From positions 15,066,001 to 15,130,000 of the forward strand of contig NC_047072.1 of the NCBI RefSeq assembly GCF_902459465.1: 64,000 nt of DNA. Reading direction: 5' to 3'. This document shows, one piece after another, positions 25,007 through 39,449 of the stretch. How positions within the stretch are numbered: the first letter of the stretch is position 1; every line of letters begins with the position of its first letter. The position numbers were made by a program, and so were the translations under genes. This stretch comes from Asterias rubens. Taxonomy: Eukaryota. The notes under the pieces are model-generated. The model was not told the origin of the DNA. It ran no database searches and was given only the letters and a program-made list of their open reading frames with translations.

Positions 25007-28000
25007 CTTACATTCAAAGTGTAGACACCCCAAATGGGTTATAATTAGCAGCCAATGCAATGGGTGTAAGATTTGATTGAGAAATGATTCTACATTTCTT
25101 TTAATATCAGGTTAAAATATATTCATGGTATTTAACAATGTTAATAGTAAGGAAAGTCCATTTATTATTTTATTTTGAGAGTCTAACAATCACCCGGGTA
25201 TTTCCCTTGTGAACAACAATTGTTCATTCTTTCAAGGAAGAAGGAAATGAATAATAGTTATATTTTAAAGGTACTGACAAAATCATTGTTTCTTTGAAGA
25301 GGTGTGGCTCTGAGCTGAACCGAATGGGTTGTTGCCATCTTTTGATCAAGTGGCTCTTTGTTTTTGGAAGTATGCAATTTTAATATGGATTTAGCTCATC
25401 TTTCAAGGCCTTTATTTTTAATCCAAGATCATTTATTTTAGTTTTGCCATTTACATAAACTACCAAATAATAATAATTTGTGTCATCACCTACCTCCATG
25501 GTATAACATAAAATCCACTATATTTGTTATTTATAGATAATATAGATTTATTGTTCCAAATTTAAACTGTTTATGTATAAATGGTGCTTAAATAATTCAC
25601 AATGGATGAATCACGTTTTAAAAGTGACCTTTCAAATTAATTTGAATTGTCGTAACCGAATGACTAGAAGCAGAAAAACGAATTTCTCTCACTCTGTGGC
25701 CAAGAGAAACAGCGCTTGATATTATCAAGAGAGGGCGCTGTGCGTTCTGACAGTATTCAGTCAATTTTTCTACCGGGTTTAGATTTGACTTTAAAATGAA
25801 TAACAGTTTTGAGGCTTACCAAATTACCAATGTCCAGTAAGAATTGTACAAATTTTAAGTCAAATTTAATAACTATCAAATCCAAATAAAGATTAATCTG
25901 AATAATTATAAAATTCGTTTGAATATTGAATGTTTGTCAAAAAAGCGATACATCAATTTCTCTATTATTTTACTTTGACATCCTGAAACAAAACTGTTCC
26001 AGATGTCTAAATATATGTCTAAATCTTACACATAGATTGATCGGTTGGTTGTGGGGTGGGCTAGTTAACCTTTTCTTCTAATCCAAAAGTTTCAGAACTT
26101 TGATAGCATTTGTGTCCGATAGATACACATCCATACAAACTGGAAAAGACAAACACATGATGTTAAAAGTACAACGTTGAGTTCTCTTTGAACTTTGTCA
26201 GAGTAAAGCTGATGTAATAAAAACAAACACGCAGAGAGGATCGCTGTTTGTTTAAGTGCAAGTTCCAGAGACTGTACTCATCTCTTAGGAATCTAATGAA
26301 GACCATGTCTTTGTATTTATCATTTGAGATTCCCGCGTGTTCTGACGCCAGCAATGTGGCTGTTTCAATATTGACATGGACTGTACAAGCTCCAATTCCA
26401 GCCCCTTTGGGGAGGCTGGCTTTTATAGGTTAACACACAAGAAAGATTTGTGCTATAAGGCTTAGAGTGCATTGGCTGCTGGCAAAACTGGTTCAGGAAT
26501 CACAAAGGATTATGAGTGAAATTGCTCTAAATGTTTGTTTAGTTCAGTCGTATTGGCCGTGTCTAGCTTCGTGGTTGATTTTACCTAATGGATTAATGCA
26601 CGGGATGGGCTTAATGTTTGTTTCAGCCAACATGCACTCGTGTACCTTTTAGAGAAGATGGGAGGAAAGCATCACAATATTATCTGCTCATCCAGGTAGA
26701 GGAGATTATTTTAATAAATGTTGTCATAATGGTTTTCAGTAACGCCCAATCGGTAAAATTAACGGATAATTTGTATATAAAAATGTATACACGATGCTGC
26801 TGAATGTCATGCACTACTCTCACTGATCATATCCCCATTGAATTGAATTGTTTTTTAGTTTCAAGCTCTGCCCTTCTAAATTTAGAACCTGGCATTTCGA
26901 CGAATTGTTCTTATGCTTATTCTGAAAAACATTCAAGGTTTTTAGTTTTCACACAACGTTCCTGTTTATAATTTCATTTCTTCATATTTTTACTTGACCT
27001 CGAAGACATATTTATGTTATATTCGGCGAATGCCGGAGAAGAAAACGTAACAGGAGCTTAGGTAAACTTGTAAGGAGAGATAGGTGCCTGAGATATTTAC
27101 TGCAAACATGCGATCTCTTGATGGAGATGTGTTTCGCTGTGTAGTTTGTAGATTTCGTGTGTGTGATTTCTGATTCTAGATGTTGAGAGTGGAACACCTG
27201 CCATGGTTGATGATCGTAGCAGTAAACCAATCTGAATCTCATCATCCATCACGTATGGCCAGCTGTACCGGAACCTGGACGATATTGTCGGCTTCTCTTT
27301 CTGCCCCAGTCCTGCTCGATAACAGAACCTGGCTGATTCTTTATCATCAACAACATCACCAAGTGATGCTTCGATCATATTATCAAGGTTGCCACGCTAG
27401 ATGCCTAACTAAGGCTATAGAGATAGAGATTTGAGTTTGATGATGTTGTGTGACCATGATGAATGTCTTCGATTGGGACTCCCCGTACACCACGGACCTA
27501 TCGAGTCACTGAGCAAATTGTTGTTTGCGCCTCAGTAAACAGACTACAGCTGATTTACTCTGGGTTGTCCAGGGTATAGGGTAGGCTATCCGTGGGAGAG
27601 TTGAAAACAGACCACATCATAGCCATAAAATTACATGCTTCGTTCACTGAAAATTATTTGTTCAAAACAAATATCAAACTTTGACACTCTTTCCTGAACG
27701 AAGACCCAGGCATGGCGAGATTGAGGCGAAAGAAAATACAAGTTGGGATACCACCATTAGTCACCATTGTCTTCACACATGTCAAGAATTCCTTCAGATG
27801 TCTTTAATATTATACGGGTTGCTATTGATAATTGGCAATAGGACATAATCAAAAGGGATATTTAATTGACCGGTAATGACATTTTCCCTTGATAATGTAT
27901 ACTCATATTGTCTACTTTAAACCCAAGGATGTTAACCAATTATGAACTCTATAAGTGAATGCTGTCGTAATCACAGCTTAGCCCCTGGAAATCCCTTTTC

Positions 28001-29558
28001 CCCAAATTTCCTGGCTATTTTATAGTGGGTAACCAGGGAACAGATTGCCAATCCACGCGTGCTTATAGTCTGTGCAGAAGGTTACGACTTCCGTTCCCGC
28101 CACGGGCGTCAAAATAGTGCCGCCAAAAATCAATATGACGTCATCGATTGGTGCACTCGTGCTATCTTGTGCGTTTTGATTTGTGTGCGCGCAGCATGCT
28201 TTAGCGGGTGGTGACTTTGCCTGTAGAAATGCGTGGATTCGCGCGGGTTGTTCGTGGCAAAGCCTTTGATGAGACACGATTTATCTGAATAGGAACGTAT
28301 TGTGCAGCCGATGGCATGCCGCTATTTCCTCCCTCTTCAGCGATTCAGTCACCCTGGCAACGAACAACCTTATTTCATCTTCAAGAGTCCAATAGTGAAT
28401 CGTTCTCAGACCTACTTTTAATGTCAAGCGTTTCACAACAATGTTAAACTGCTCCGTAAATATGACTTACTGGCGTCGGTTGCAAAGATGTATAAGCGTT
28501 TCCTTTTCAATCGATTTAACTTTAGCAAGTTATTGGTCGTAGATTCCAAATCATTCATCCCGAATAAGTGAATTGTTCTATTTCCCATTGACAAACCACT
28601 CATGTAAACGATATATGTTAGCAGTAATGTGTAAATGTTTCTACGCGTTGAAGATGAACCCAGGTCGACGAGCCAGACATCTGAAGACGCTGTTAATGAG
28701 CTAAGGTGTCTGTGCCCTTCTCAAGGTTCAACAGTAGCTTAAAGGTAAGTACTATGCATTAGTAGTGTGTTAATTGCCAGGGTGTGGCATGGTAAATGAA
28801 TGTAAATACAGAACTTCGTGTTTTTGTGGTTACTTTGGTAACAGTTGTATTGGTTTGCTATTATGTTAGAGCCCATATTCGGCTTAATTTCACGAATTAT
28901 AACTTAAGAATGATCTTAAGAGGTGTATCAACCAATGCTTATATCAAAGTGTGATGTCACAACACAAATCACTGGTAATATTGACAAGACATTCGTTTTT
29001 AGTCTTTAGCTGTAAAATTGAGCATAATATTTTGATCTTTTTATCTCCAAGTTCTTGACTCGAGTTGATGAGTATCAATTTTAATCATAATGTGAATCAG
29101 ATAATGTTAGAACAAGTTTGAACTTTTACAAACAAAGAAAGTATAAATCATGACCAAAGTATAGGTCACTACTTTAAAGCTTGTTTGCACATTAAGTATA
29201 CATTATAATGCAATTCACAGATGACTTGCTTTCCTAGTTAACTCTTCATCTGGCCATTTTGCCGTAAACATTTAGATACATAAATAGTACGACCATCGCT
29301 GGTTAAAGAGAGCGGTGTATACGATCGAAGGCCTCGGGCCATCAGACAAAAAGTGAGGTTGGGTTGACCTTACTTATTAGTTTATCAATTATTATCCTTA
29401 TTTGCATTTATGCATAATTACTAACCTGTATTGTTTTACACATTACTAATGAAATATTCATGTGGAGTTGTAATTATTTAATGTAGGACGTTATAGAAAG
29501 CGAATATCCTGCATGCTGCAGTCTTTTGTAAACCCTCACATAGCAAGGTCGATGTATT

Positions 29559-32500
29559 CTAATCAACATGCATTCCTCCAATTGTTGTTTTCTTCAATGA
29601 AATGTTAAGACACACACACTGTGCCTTGTAGTTTCCAGACGAATTTAGATGCCACTCTTCGATACATGTATATTTTAAAAATAAGTTACCATGACAACTA
29701 CAAATATCACCCCTCTCAACTATAGTGGTGACGACATAGTCGAGTGAAATAAAAATAGAAGCCACATAATAATTGACGTTATTGGCAGAAGCCTGTGGCG
29801 TGGGGCATACCCCGAGATCATTTTGAAGTGAATTTGAATTGTGACAAATGGAAATATTGGGGAGCTTCATGATTTACGGATGCCCAGAGGCTGTTGTGGA
29901 ATGCTGAATGGCGAGGCGATCTTTAACAAGACCTTCGTCGTGGACCTCAATTTTATAATATTCTGATATGAGAAATATTGTCTTCGCAAATGAGATTGAG
30001 TCATTGCAATCTTCATGTTTTATCATTATAGTCACTGATGCATCATGATGATTTGCAAGTCAATTCTAATTTGCAAGTCTGTCTGATAATAAGCAAACTG
30101 ACTCTACACAATGCCTACATAATGATTTGACTGATTCATAAATCGGCCGCGAACCACTCTGCATCTGAACTGAAACTACACTTTTCCTAAAGTATTTTTT
30201 AGTTTGCAAAGACGTCTTGATTAAATTCGCGTGTATATAGCGATGGTCTTTTCAAGCAGCTGAAGAATAGCACTTGAGCAATTACTAAAAGTCCTCGTGT
30301 GTAGACAATAAAAAGAAAGAGAAAAAGTAAAATGCATTTGACAAAGTGATTCCTATCCGAAAAAACCCAGTTCAAAGCCTTGAAAACTAAATTACATCTG
30401 GGAAATTGGCAGTTAAGCTCTCACTGATCGCCGATGAAAAGAATGCATTACGCGATGGCTAATCGCCATGGAAACGCATCTTTCATTTAATGTAAGGGAC
30501 GACAAGACATCCGTGCCACCGAACGCGACGCTCGGAGAGAAAAGACCTTTATACATCTTGTCACCGACAGGCTGAAGGGCTTTATGCTGTTTATTGAGCT
30601 CCGTTGTTTCCGCTGCGAAAACATCATAACAGAAGATAACAGGAACGATTCAGATGCAGTTACCATGACAACATTTAGCTTATAAATAACGCAACATCTG
30701 TAAACCTGTTTATTATCTCAGTACTGCAGGTGCTTTTCTTTTTGGAGGATCAGGTCTGGACGGATAGCAACGTCGTTAAGAAAACAAACTAGATTAAATT
30801 GAGTATTTCTGAGCTTTTGTCTTTTAGGAAAGAATTCATGAGGTGGTTTGGGGCCAGCTCTCAAGCTGGTCAAAATAGGGTTGAAGCAAAAAATACAATT
30901 CATATTCATAGTCTAGCACGGTTGTTGGGATTTGTGTAAACAAAATTGGTTAAGAGTTTGTATCATTTGTTTCCAAGTCAGTATTGTCATAAAAGTTTTA
31001 CTGTAATACAATGTTCTAATGATTTAATTCGACCTCTAACTGCGGTAAAGTTTGTAGTAATGGTTTTGCGTGCACACGTCACTCTCAAAGCCTCAGATTC
31101 TCACTCGTTGGTAAAAAAAGACGAGATTAGAACTTCTCCTAACTTTCTTGAAGTTTAATCAAGACTTCTACTCTTCATCCAGCGCTATCTTCACCGTCTT
31201 GGACGATGAGAGTGATGCTCAATCATCCAACGGTGTCAGCTTTCAAGAAGACGCGCACCTGCTGAAAGAGCTTCTTTAAATTGAATCTCTGGCCGGGTGG
31301 CGTTATAGTGCCGAATGCTGGATTAGTGTACGCCAGCCACCGCGGCTTGCGTTCAGTCGCTATGTCACGATCATAGTTGATCGATTTTTTAGAAGAAGAA
31401 ATCAGCGGAATAAAAACCATCCCTTCATCCCAAGTAATGGGAAAGTTTTCTATTAATAGCTCACTAAAAAATAAGGGGGAAATACACGCACAAAGCAACT
31501 TTAAAAACAAGCGTGTGACCTAAATTTTGTATTATTGTTAATATTAATGATATCCTACACCCTGAAATCAGTACACATTGCCATAAACATTTAATTTAAT
31601 TTTTGACGGAAAACGTCACTGGTGTACCTTTTAAGAATGTTTTCAAAATATCTGAATGGATAACAAGAAACATGGGTGTTAACTTTACTTGATTCACCAT
31701 TATTCGAACTAAATTGTCTCTTCACCACTCCGCAGACACCCCACGTCAATTTGCCAGTAAAAGGGGGAGGGGCAAGGTCACATGACACATGGAATAAGAC
31801 ATGATTGGACCAGTAACAAACAGGGACTGACATCACATATTTCGAGTCAGTAAATCAAGAAAAGGGACAGAATGCAGAATGTCATCCACACCGCTTCATT
31901 TGTACCGATACATTATATCATGCTTGATATTTTGAAACCAATTTCTTATCTGACTGCGAAGTTGTCATAAGATGCAACTAGCCCTCCATCTCATGTCTAC
32001 TGCCGCGGAAATATATACATGGATTTACTGAGATATGGTGATTAAAATGAATCTTCGGATAAGCCGTGCTAGCAATATTCAGGAAATTAACCGCGGAAAA
32101 AATAACAAGGGGACGAACAAGGCGGTCGTGAGGTGGGGTCGAGGCGAGCCTAAAATGTTTGGACAACTTGTAATTTAGATGGTTTTGGGGGTTTTTATGC
32201 ATTCAATATTTGCTGCAAATTTTCTTAGGCAAAGGGCTTTTACTTCGTCTCACGTTGTTTATTATATTCTGACATTAAGTCTTGTTGAAGTTTTGTCACT
32301 TGATGTTTTAGGCTGAAAGATTCAAAACAAGAATATGGGCTCTAAATCACAACTGAGACAGATGCTTTATCCCCAATGGAAATCTGTAGTTTTCAGTGCA
32401 CGAACCCTTATAACCAAGGTGTGAAAACATATGGACGTTCACCGATGCATGTTCTCTATAAATCTTTCTATTCTTCACACATCTAGAATGCTTGGCTGAG

Positions 32501-35500
32501 TTTTTTCTTGTATCTTGAGTGAAAGTGGACGGTCTTTTGCCTTGTGGCGTCATTAAGACTCGACAGCCTGGAGGAGACTAAAACACCCAAGAGGTGAGGG
32601 GTATAATTTTATAATCTCCTTGTCTAAGAGGCTAGAGTGCTATACCCTTGAACATGTTGGAGTTGTTTCACAACAAGCATAATGGCATATGTTGGAGGGT
32701 GGATGGACAACTGAAATCGACGACTGACACTTCAAATTCGTAACATGGCCTCGTCTCGTCGGCACTGAACCGTTGAGGGCGCATGGGTAGATTGTTCAGC
32801 TCATGGTCGCTTTAAACCATCTCCAATATATTTTGAAGATTCTGGAAAAAAACAACCTAACCAGTACCTGATGAAGTCTATTTGGAGCCATATTGTCCAA
32901 ATCAAACATAGTCCATATTATTTTAACATTCGTGTTACGATTAGAACTTAGGCAACTTTCTAAAATCAGTGTAAGGGTGAAAGAGTATCCTATTACAAAG
33001 TGTTAAGGGTTGGAATTACAATATTATCTCCCCCCCCCCTCGAAAAATATCAAACCCACCAGCATTTAAGTAATATCATTACAAAAATGGGGTGAGTAAA
33101 ATCTGAATGTTCTATATAGATAAAGCATTAAAACAATATAGGTAAGTCTTGGGGTCGCAAAGTCTCCCGCTGCCGCGCGATCGCTTTACGGTTGCTACCG
33201 AGGATCTATTTCGGTTAACTTCATTATATTCCTCACCGGGGCCCGTAATTCAGACGATTGGTACGGTATAGGTTTCTCCTTCTAATCGCTTTGTGGTCAG
33301 GTACACACGTCCATTAAAGACCTGTTCATCGACTACGGGTAGGGGGGAAGGCGAAGGGAAGGGGAATGTAGCTGGCCCCTGATGCTTTCAATCCCAGTGT
33401 ATGAGGGTGATTATTAAAGGGAATGGCCAGGGGGCAATTTCAGCTTTGCAGGTTCATATTTTATAAAGAAGGCGAATTGAAATGAGGCTTACCCATTAGT
33501 CTTAATCAAAATCAATATGATTTTGGTTCAATTTCAATGAGAGAGTCTCCCATGTAATTATGAGACAATCGTTGGTCGAGAGTTAAGTTTGGTAAATTGG
33601 AAAATGATAGTGAAGAAATTGCCAGAGGTAACTGCTTCTCCCTCATATCGGGTAGAGTGAGTGAAGCGTCATTACTCTTAACCAAAATCAATACAAGTCC
33701 AGAAGTATAAACCCATACAGTCACGGTAATAAACAATCCGTCTGCAGAATACCTGCAGCTAAAAGCCACAATATGATGTACTGAGAAGGAACAACAATCA
33801 TTCAGATCAGTTCAAAGGAAAATAAATTAGGTCTATATTATTTTACAGGGATCCACCTAGTTCTATCAATCAGTGGGAATATTATATTTTACTATAATTT
33901 TCCAGACATCTAAAAGCGACCTTGGTCTGGCCTGAATCTCTCTGAATAAACACTTTCGGAGCATTTGTCTGATGCTTTCAGCAAAACACTTTGACAAAAT
34001 GTAAAGCTCTATTCAGGCATCCTTCAAATGGAAATCTTCACTCTTGTGACACAAATGAATCTTTGAAATCGACAATACTTGGGAATACTGTGATACATCA
34101 CTTGGGAGTCCTATATAAGTCACTGTTTACACAGATTTGTGTTTTTGGTAATACATCGGTAAATGCAGTAGACGAGAGAGCAACCATACCGTATTGGATA
34201 AATACATTAGAATCAATATTTTACATTGAAATCCAATGCACCAAAAACACATTTCATTGTACTGTTTAGATCTATGTAAAGCATCTTGAAATTACAAAAT
34301 AAACATGGTGCTTAAGATTGCGACACCGACTTCAACCCTTCTGATAAAGCACTAAACATCATGAACATAAAGCACTAAACATCATGAACATAACTGTCTA
34401 CCTTTCTCACGCCATACTCTTTTAACCAGTGCCAATGACATGGACATTTTCTTCTCACCTCTTCCAATCAATAATCCCAGAAACCATGCATTTCAAGGAG
34501 ATATCATGGCGGCGTTATCGGTCAATCAATTCACTCAGCTTTTTTTTACATTAAGAAATGCGTATAAGTAATTTTGTCGACAACTAGTTTGTTCTTTCCC
34601 AACCACTATTTTAATGAGAAAGGACTTATGCTGGATCCTTTTTATAACATGTTTATGGGATATTTGCTTTTGCCTCAAGGACAGGTACGTCTCTTCTTTA
34701 CAGGGTGGTAAATAGATACGAAGTGCTAGTTTACTCATTGACTTTGCTGTGAAATTCAACCCAGGAATCGTCTTCAAGTACTGCCCTTGTTTCCTTAAAA
34801 TGCCATTCCCGGCCATCAGCAATGACATGGATCCATGGTCAGGGAGGCTTTGAGATTACCGATTGTGGAAAGCAACAGACTCACCATCTGCACTGCTAAA
34901 TGGTTAGACATTTTCGTATCACCATATTATCATAACTGGGTGTGGTATCCTGTCTTTTGTCATCTTTATATAGAATCCTCTGGCACCGTTCAAATGTGTG
35001 GGTTTGGGGATAAACTCCCTTTAAAATATGCGATTTATTGGTAATCAATTTTGTTCCGCACTTTTCAAAGAGCCTGTTGAGACAAGATTCACATACTGAT
35101 TACCTTTAAAGTTGCTATAGTTGTACATAATGAACCATAGATAGATGTTTCACAGACTGTTTACTATAAGGTAATGCAATAAGTTGTAATGAACCTGAAG
35201 AGAGAATTTTCACAGACTGATTACCTTTAAGGTAATGCAATAATTTGTATATAATTATGTACAATGTTTTCCTAGCCAGCTTACAGGTGGCATTGACGTG
35301 TGTAAGAGTCAAGGGCAAAATGTACACAGTAAAGCATAATCAAGTGAAGTTAACATGAAATTTGCAGGGAAGAGAGTGTGCATGCATACGATTAAGAAGG
35401 GAAAACAGCCACACGCTATATTTACATTGGTCTTGATCCCAATCCACAATACGAAGTGTCAACTTACAGATTTATTTTCTCATATTCGCATTTCAAACCA

Positions 35501-37432
35501 ATTTGTGAAGTCAGTGCCGCATTGCATGCATCTTCCGACAGGCTGGTCTGTACGCCTTATAGACATGTTCATGCCCAAAAGATACAAATTCAAGCAATTG
35601 ATATTAATAGTGGCTATCAAATTTAACTAGTTAGCCTCGTGTATGCATTCAGCAAGAGCTGCTGCCATAGTTCTTCGATAGAAGTATATGAATTGCAGCC
35701 TGCGGTATCGCATTACCTCGTGGTGCCTGTATTATTAATATCAGAAAATGAATATTAATACCCGCGCAATATAATCATTAACATTGACGAGTAAGCGAGA
35801 ATGTCAATGACGCTGTCCGCTGGAGTTTACCACCACGTTGACACCCCTGCGGTCCTTGGGAGCCGTTGTATTGCCGGTCACATACACGGCTCATCCACAG
35901 AGACCCTTCATCCCATTTCATGGGGGACTTTCACTCACAGTTCTCGGTGAGACAGCCCGGAGGACGGCGAATTCATTATCTCCCTCCGTCATGCTTGCCT
36001 ACATGCTCCTATGGTGGCGGGAGGGTTTGAAGACGTGAGCAGAACGAGGAAGAATCATCCGCAGTTGCCCTTTCAAAGAAAGAAAACATCGGCAGCAGAT
36101 TTTGAAAAGTCATCAAGCAACGTGAGCTGCTTCGCCAAGACGGTATTTGCATTCGTGGGAGGCAGGCAGTAGCCGCTCTATGTTGTGCATTGAGAAGTTA
36201 AGAAAACACAGTGTGAGACAAGAGCAGAGCTAACTGGATGGGGGTTGGAGTGCTTTTTACGCTTCCTTAAAGGTCTGTGTTCTACGTGATATCTTTAATG
36301 GGAGTATATAGCAATCCCAGCTGCACTTTACTATTAAGATAATTATAGGTAATCATCGACGAGGGCATGTATAGTCGTTAGAGCAATGGAAATGGATGGA
36401 GATTGAACAGATGTGATCCAATCCTTTGCAGTTAGAATGTAATGGCGATTGTATTGTCTTTAATGCTATCCATCTGATGTTCTTCTTGCGATTAATGCCA
36501 TCAAATATTAACTAGCTCTTCTATCCATATAGAAATATATAGCATAGAATTGTCTTTAATAATAAATAATAATGACAATTTATAAGGCGCCGGTATCCGC
36601 CATGACTGACGCTCATGGCGCACTAACAAAAGAAAAGAAAGAAAAGAAAAGAACAACATTGGTTGTTGGTTTATTGGTAGTCGGTGTTACATAGAATGAA
36701 TACACATCCATAGCATTTTATGAAGATGAGAGGAAATCAAGTCTCTTCATGACGAAACGATCGTTTAATGAAGACCGTGCATGCTAAATTACCGAAAACT
36801 AAGTTTGGTGGGAAGTTGAAAAGAGGGTGGCTTATTTGGATTCAAAAGAACTTGTTCGTTGAGCAGTGTGCGTAATAATGGACATGCTGGACGTTAGCAG
36901 TGTGCGCAATGATGGACATGCTGGACGTTAGCAGTGTGCGCAATGATGGACATGCTGGACGTGAGCAGTGTGCCTAATAATGGACATGCTGGACGTGAGC
37001 AGTGTGCGCAATGATGGACATGCTGGACGTTAGCAGTGTGCGCAATGATGGACATGCTGGACGTTAGCAGTGTGCGCAATGATGGACATGCTGGACGTTA
37101 GCAGTGTGCGCAATGATGGACATGCTGGACGTTAGCAGTGTGCGCAATGATGGACATGCCATGTGAAAAGCGTGTTAAGCAATGTCAAAAGCACAGATCG
37201 ATTCGATTTGGGATGAAGATCTCAATCCAATCTGGATAAAAGCTTGGCGGGGTGCTTGGTGCTCTTCCGACTCATGGTCTAGTTTCCATAATGAAATCAG
37301 GGCTGTACTATACAAAAGGCTATATGGAAAACCGGAATTGGCAAGCTTGCAGTAAGGTATGAGAAGTAAAGGACGGTGAGCACAAACGAGTGCTGTAGTG
37401 TCAAGGAAATACAAACAATCATGAACATTCAT
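29559..37432 (-). pseudogene. Possible heavily decayed LRR-protein (TLR-ectodomain-like) sequence(s)
   Basis: Stop-interrupted minus-strand frames contain LRR-like strings (see findings). AT-rich DNA can mimic LRR composition, so this is tentative. Confidence 0.3.
36863..37159. repeat. 34-bp minisatellite, ~8.7 copies
   Basis: Unit gcagtgtgcgcaatgatggacatgctggacgtta starts at 36863, 36897 ... 37135. No spacers. Confidence 0.97.
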
Positions 37433-39315
37433 TTATTAAATCCTGAAAAGGTATTCTGAGTAAATTCAATTTGATGTTGGCCTGTACACTCACATCGATA
37501 TATAACTGAGTGGGATTCGCACCTTGGTCAAGAACTCATACATCGAGAATCCACAAGTCTGTAAACCACCATTGTTAACCTAATGATATAAGGGAAGTAT
37601 ATAGCAAGTAAGCATGTATGGGAGAAACGGGCTGATTTTGTTTGTGCAACATGGTGAGTAAACGGGCAGTTTAACGTCCATTGTGTGCACGTGACTGCCA
37701 CAGCTTATCAAGTCGTTCACGTTACTATCAAAGATCTTAAGCCATTTTGAGGTATGATGGACACAATAAAAATGGCACTCAGGTTTGGGTAAATGTGTCT
37801 GTATACACCCAAACCAAACAGTGCATGATACACCATATCTCAAAAAGGCTAGCTGCAGCAGTGATGATGTCATGATTAGGTCACATCGTCTAGTGATTCA
37901 TGAAAGACAAGCATTGACATAAAATATTGTATGGCTATAAAATGCTCCTGTGCAACCTTGTCCAACAATGGTCAAGGATCGGGGACTGCACCTTAGTAAA
38001 TAATCCAGATCAGATACACAAACAAATGCGTCTCTTTCATAACACGGCCGCTAATGGACCTCATAATGTATATCAAAAATTCATTAGAAGGCAATCTTTA
38101 ATATTAAAGGTAAAATAAACTGACACGGTTAAAGTAGACCGGAACGATGGCAAGTGGTGTATAATGAAGGTAAGAAGTGATGCAAGCTTGCGGTTGTTAT
38201 ATTGAAGGCCATTGGAATATTATTATTATTACATAACAGGTTTTTGCATGCAGATGGATTTTTTTTAAAATTCTGCATGCATATTGTTGGGTACATTATG
38301 TTCATATATGGTTTTGTTATGTAAATTCAGATTCAATTAACGGATATATACGAACCATTAGATTATAGAGAAACCTTCATCAAAATTTAATTCCATAAAA
38401 CACAACTTTCTTTTGCAAATGGCTATGTTTCTTTCTCACTTTGGCAGCTTGAAGCACCACAAGCATTTGAGGCTCTTTCAAAGTATAATGCAACGATTAC
38501 AAGGTGTCATCAGTATACCGTGGGGAAATAAAATACACCCGCATCTGTTTTCGCTATGAAAGAAAAAAACACTTCGAGCTTGTTGACGGATGTGAAGGCG
38601 CAATAACCAACATAATGTTAAATACAACACTATATGATTACTAACTACACTATTTTGGTCACAAAGTAATTTTGTACATATGATATGTACGTGGTGCATG
38701 TAGAATGATCGATAGTTCTAGTTACATACATCTGACATTAATTAACTTCAGACGAATTTACCTGGAAAATGAAACACTTCTTAAACAACATTGGTTTCCT
38801 TGAATAATCTAAACTCACTACGTTAAGTTATATCGGGCCGGGTTTGCGAGAAGGAAATATTGGAAAACCTAATTTTAGATCCTGGAATGTTAATTGTTCC
38901 TCTAATTACCACACCCAAACATCAACGTCATAGGAACCGCCCATTTGGTATCAAGGGACATAAAACTGCCTCGTACCCAGTTTATTGTCGTTAATTTTGC
39001 CGTACAATGGAACGCAAAATGTATGAAGATTGTTTTCATCGGTTTTTGTTCTCAGTCGATACACGTCATTTAGCCAGCAATTTATTAATAACAAGTTGGC
39101 AATGCGACCACGGTTGTTATGCTAGCGACTGTAGTTTGTTGATATTGGCACATGGTTTGGCCTCGTAGCCAGGCTGGTGGCTAAACAGTGACCTTATCGT
39201 TCACTTAACTGTGACCAGAATAACTGTTGTTACCAAATGACCGTAATAGGAATATTATTTTCATCAAATATTCACAATAGGTCGACAATTGCTCACATAC
39301 AAAAAGTTCTGAATC

Positions 39316-39449
39316 AACTGTCATCGATTGTTGATGTTGTCACATAGTGGGGCCTTGGTACGGTTACTATATTGGTGACCTGTAACTGTCATCGATTGTT
39401 GATGTTGTCACATAGTGGGGCCTTGGTACGGTTACTATATTGGTGACCT
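39316..39449. repeat. 68-bp tandem duplication
   Basis: aactgtcatcgattgttgatgttgtcacatagtggggccttggtacggttactatattggtgacct occurs twice. Confidence 0.92.

Noticed and set aside
27230-27360. RAG1/Transib-like fragment (TISSRFRY vs TIAKRFRY)
   Set aside because: Only a short motif. Neighbouring RAG1 motifs are absent or in the wrong order.
31200-31350. LINE ORF1 C-terminal WPxGVxV motif on the plus strand
   Set aside because: An isolated 7-residue match with no endonuclease/RT downstream, and it conflicts with the minus-strand reading.
36863-37159. CRISPR-like array
   Set aside because: Contiguous 34-bp units with no unique spacers, in a eukaryotic context. It is a minisatellite.
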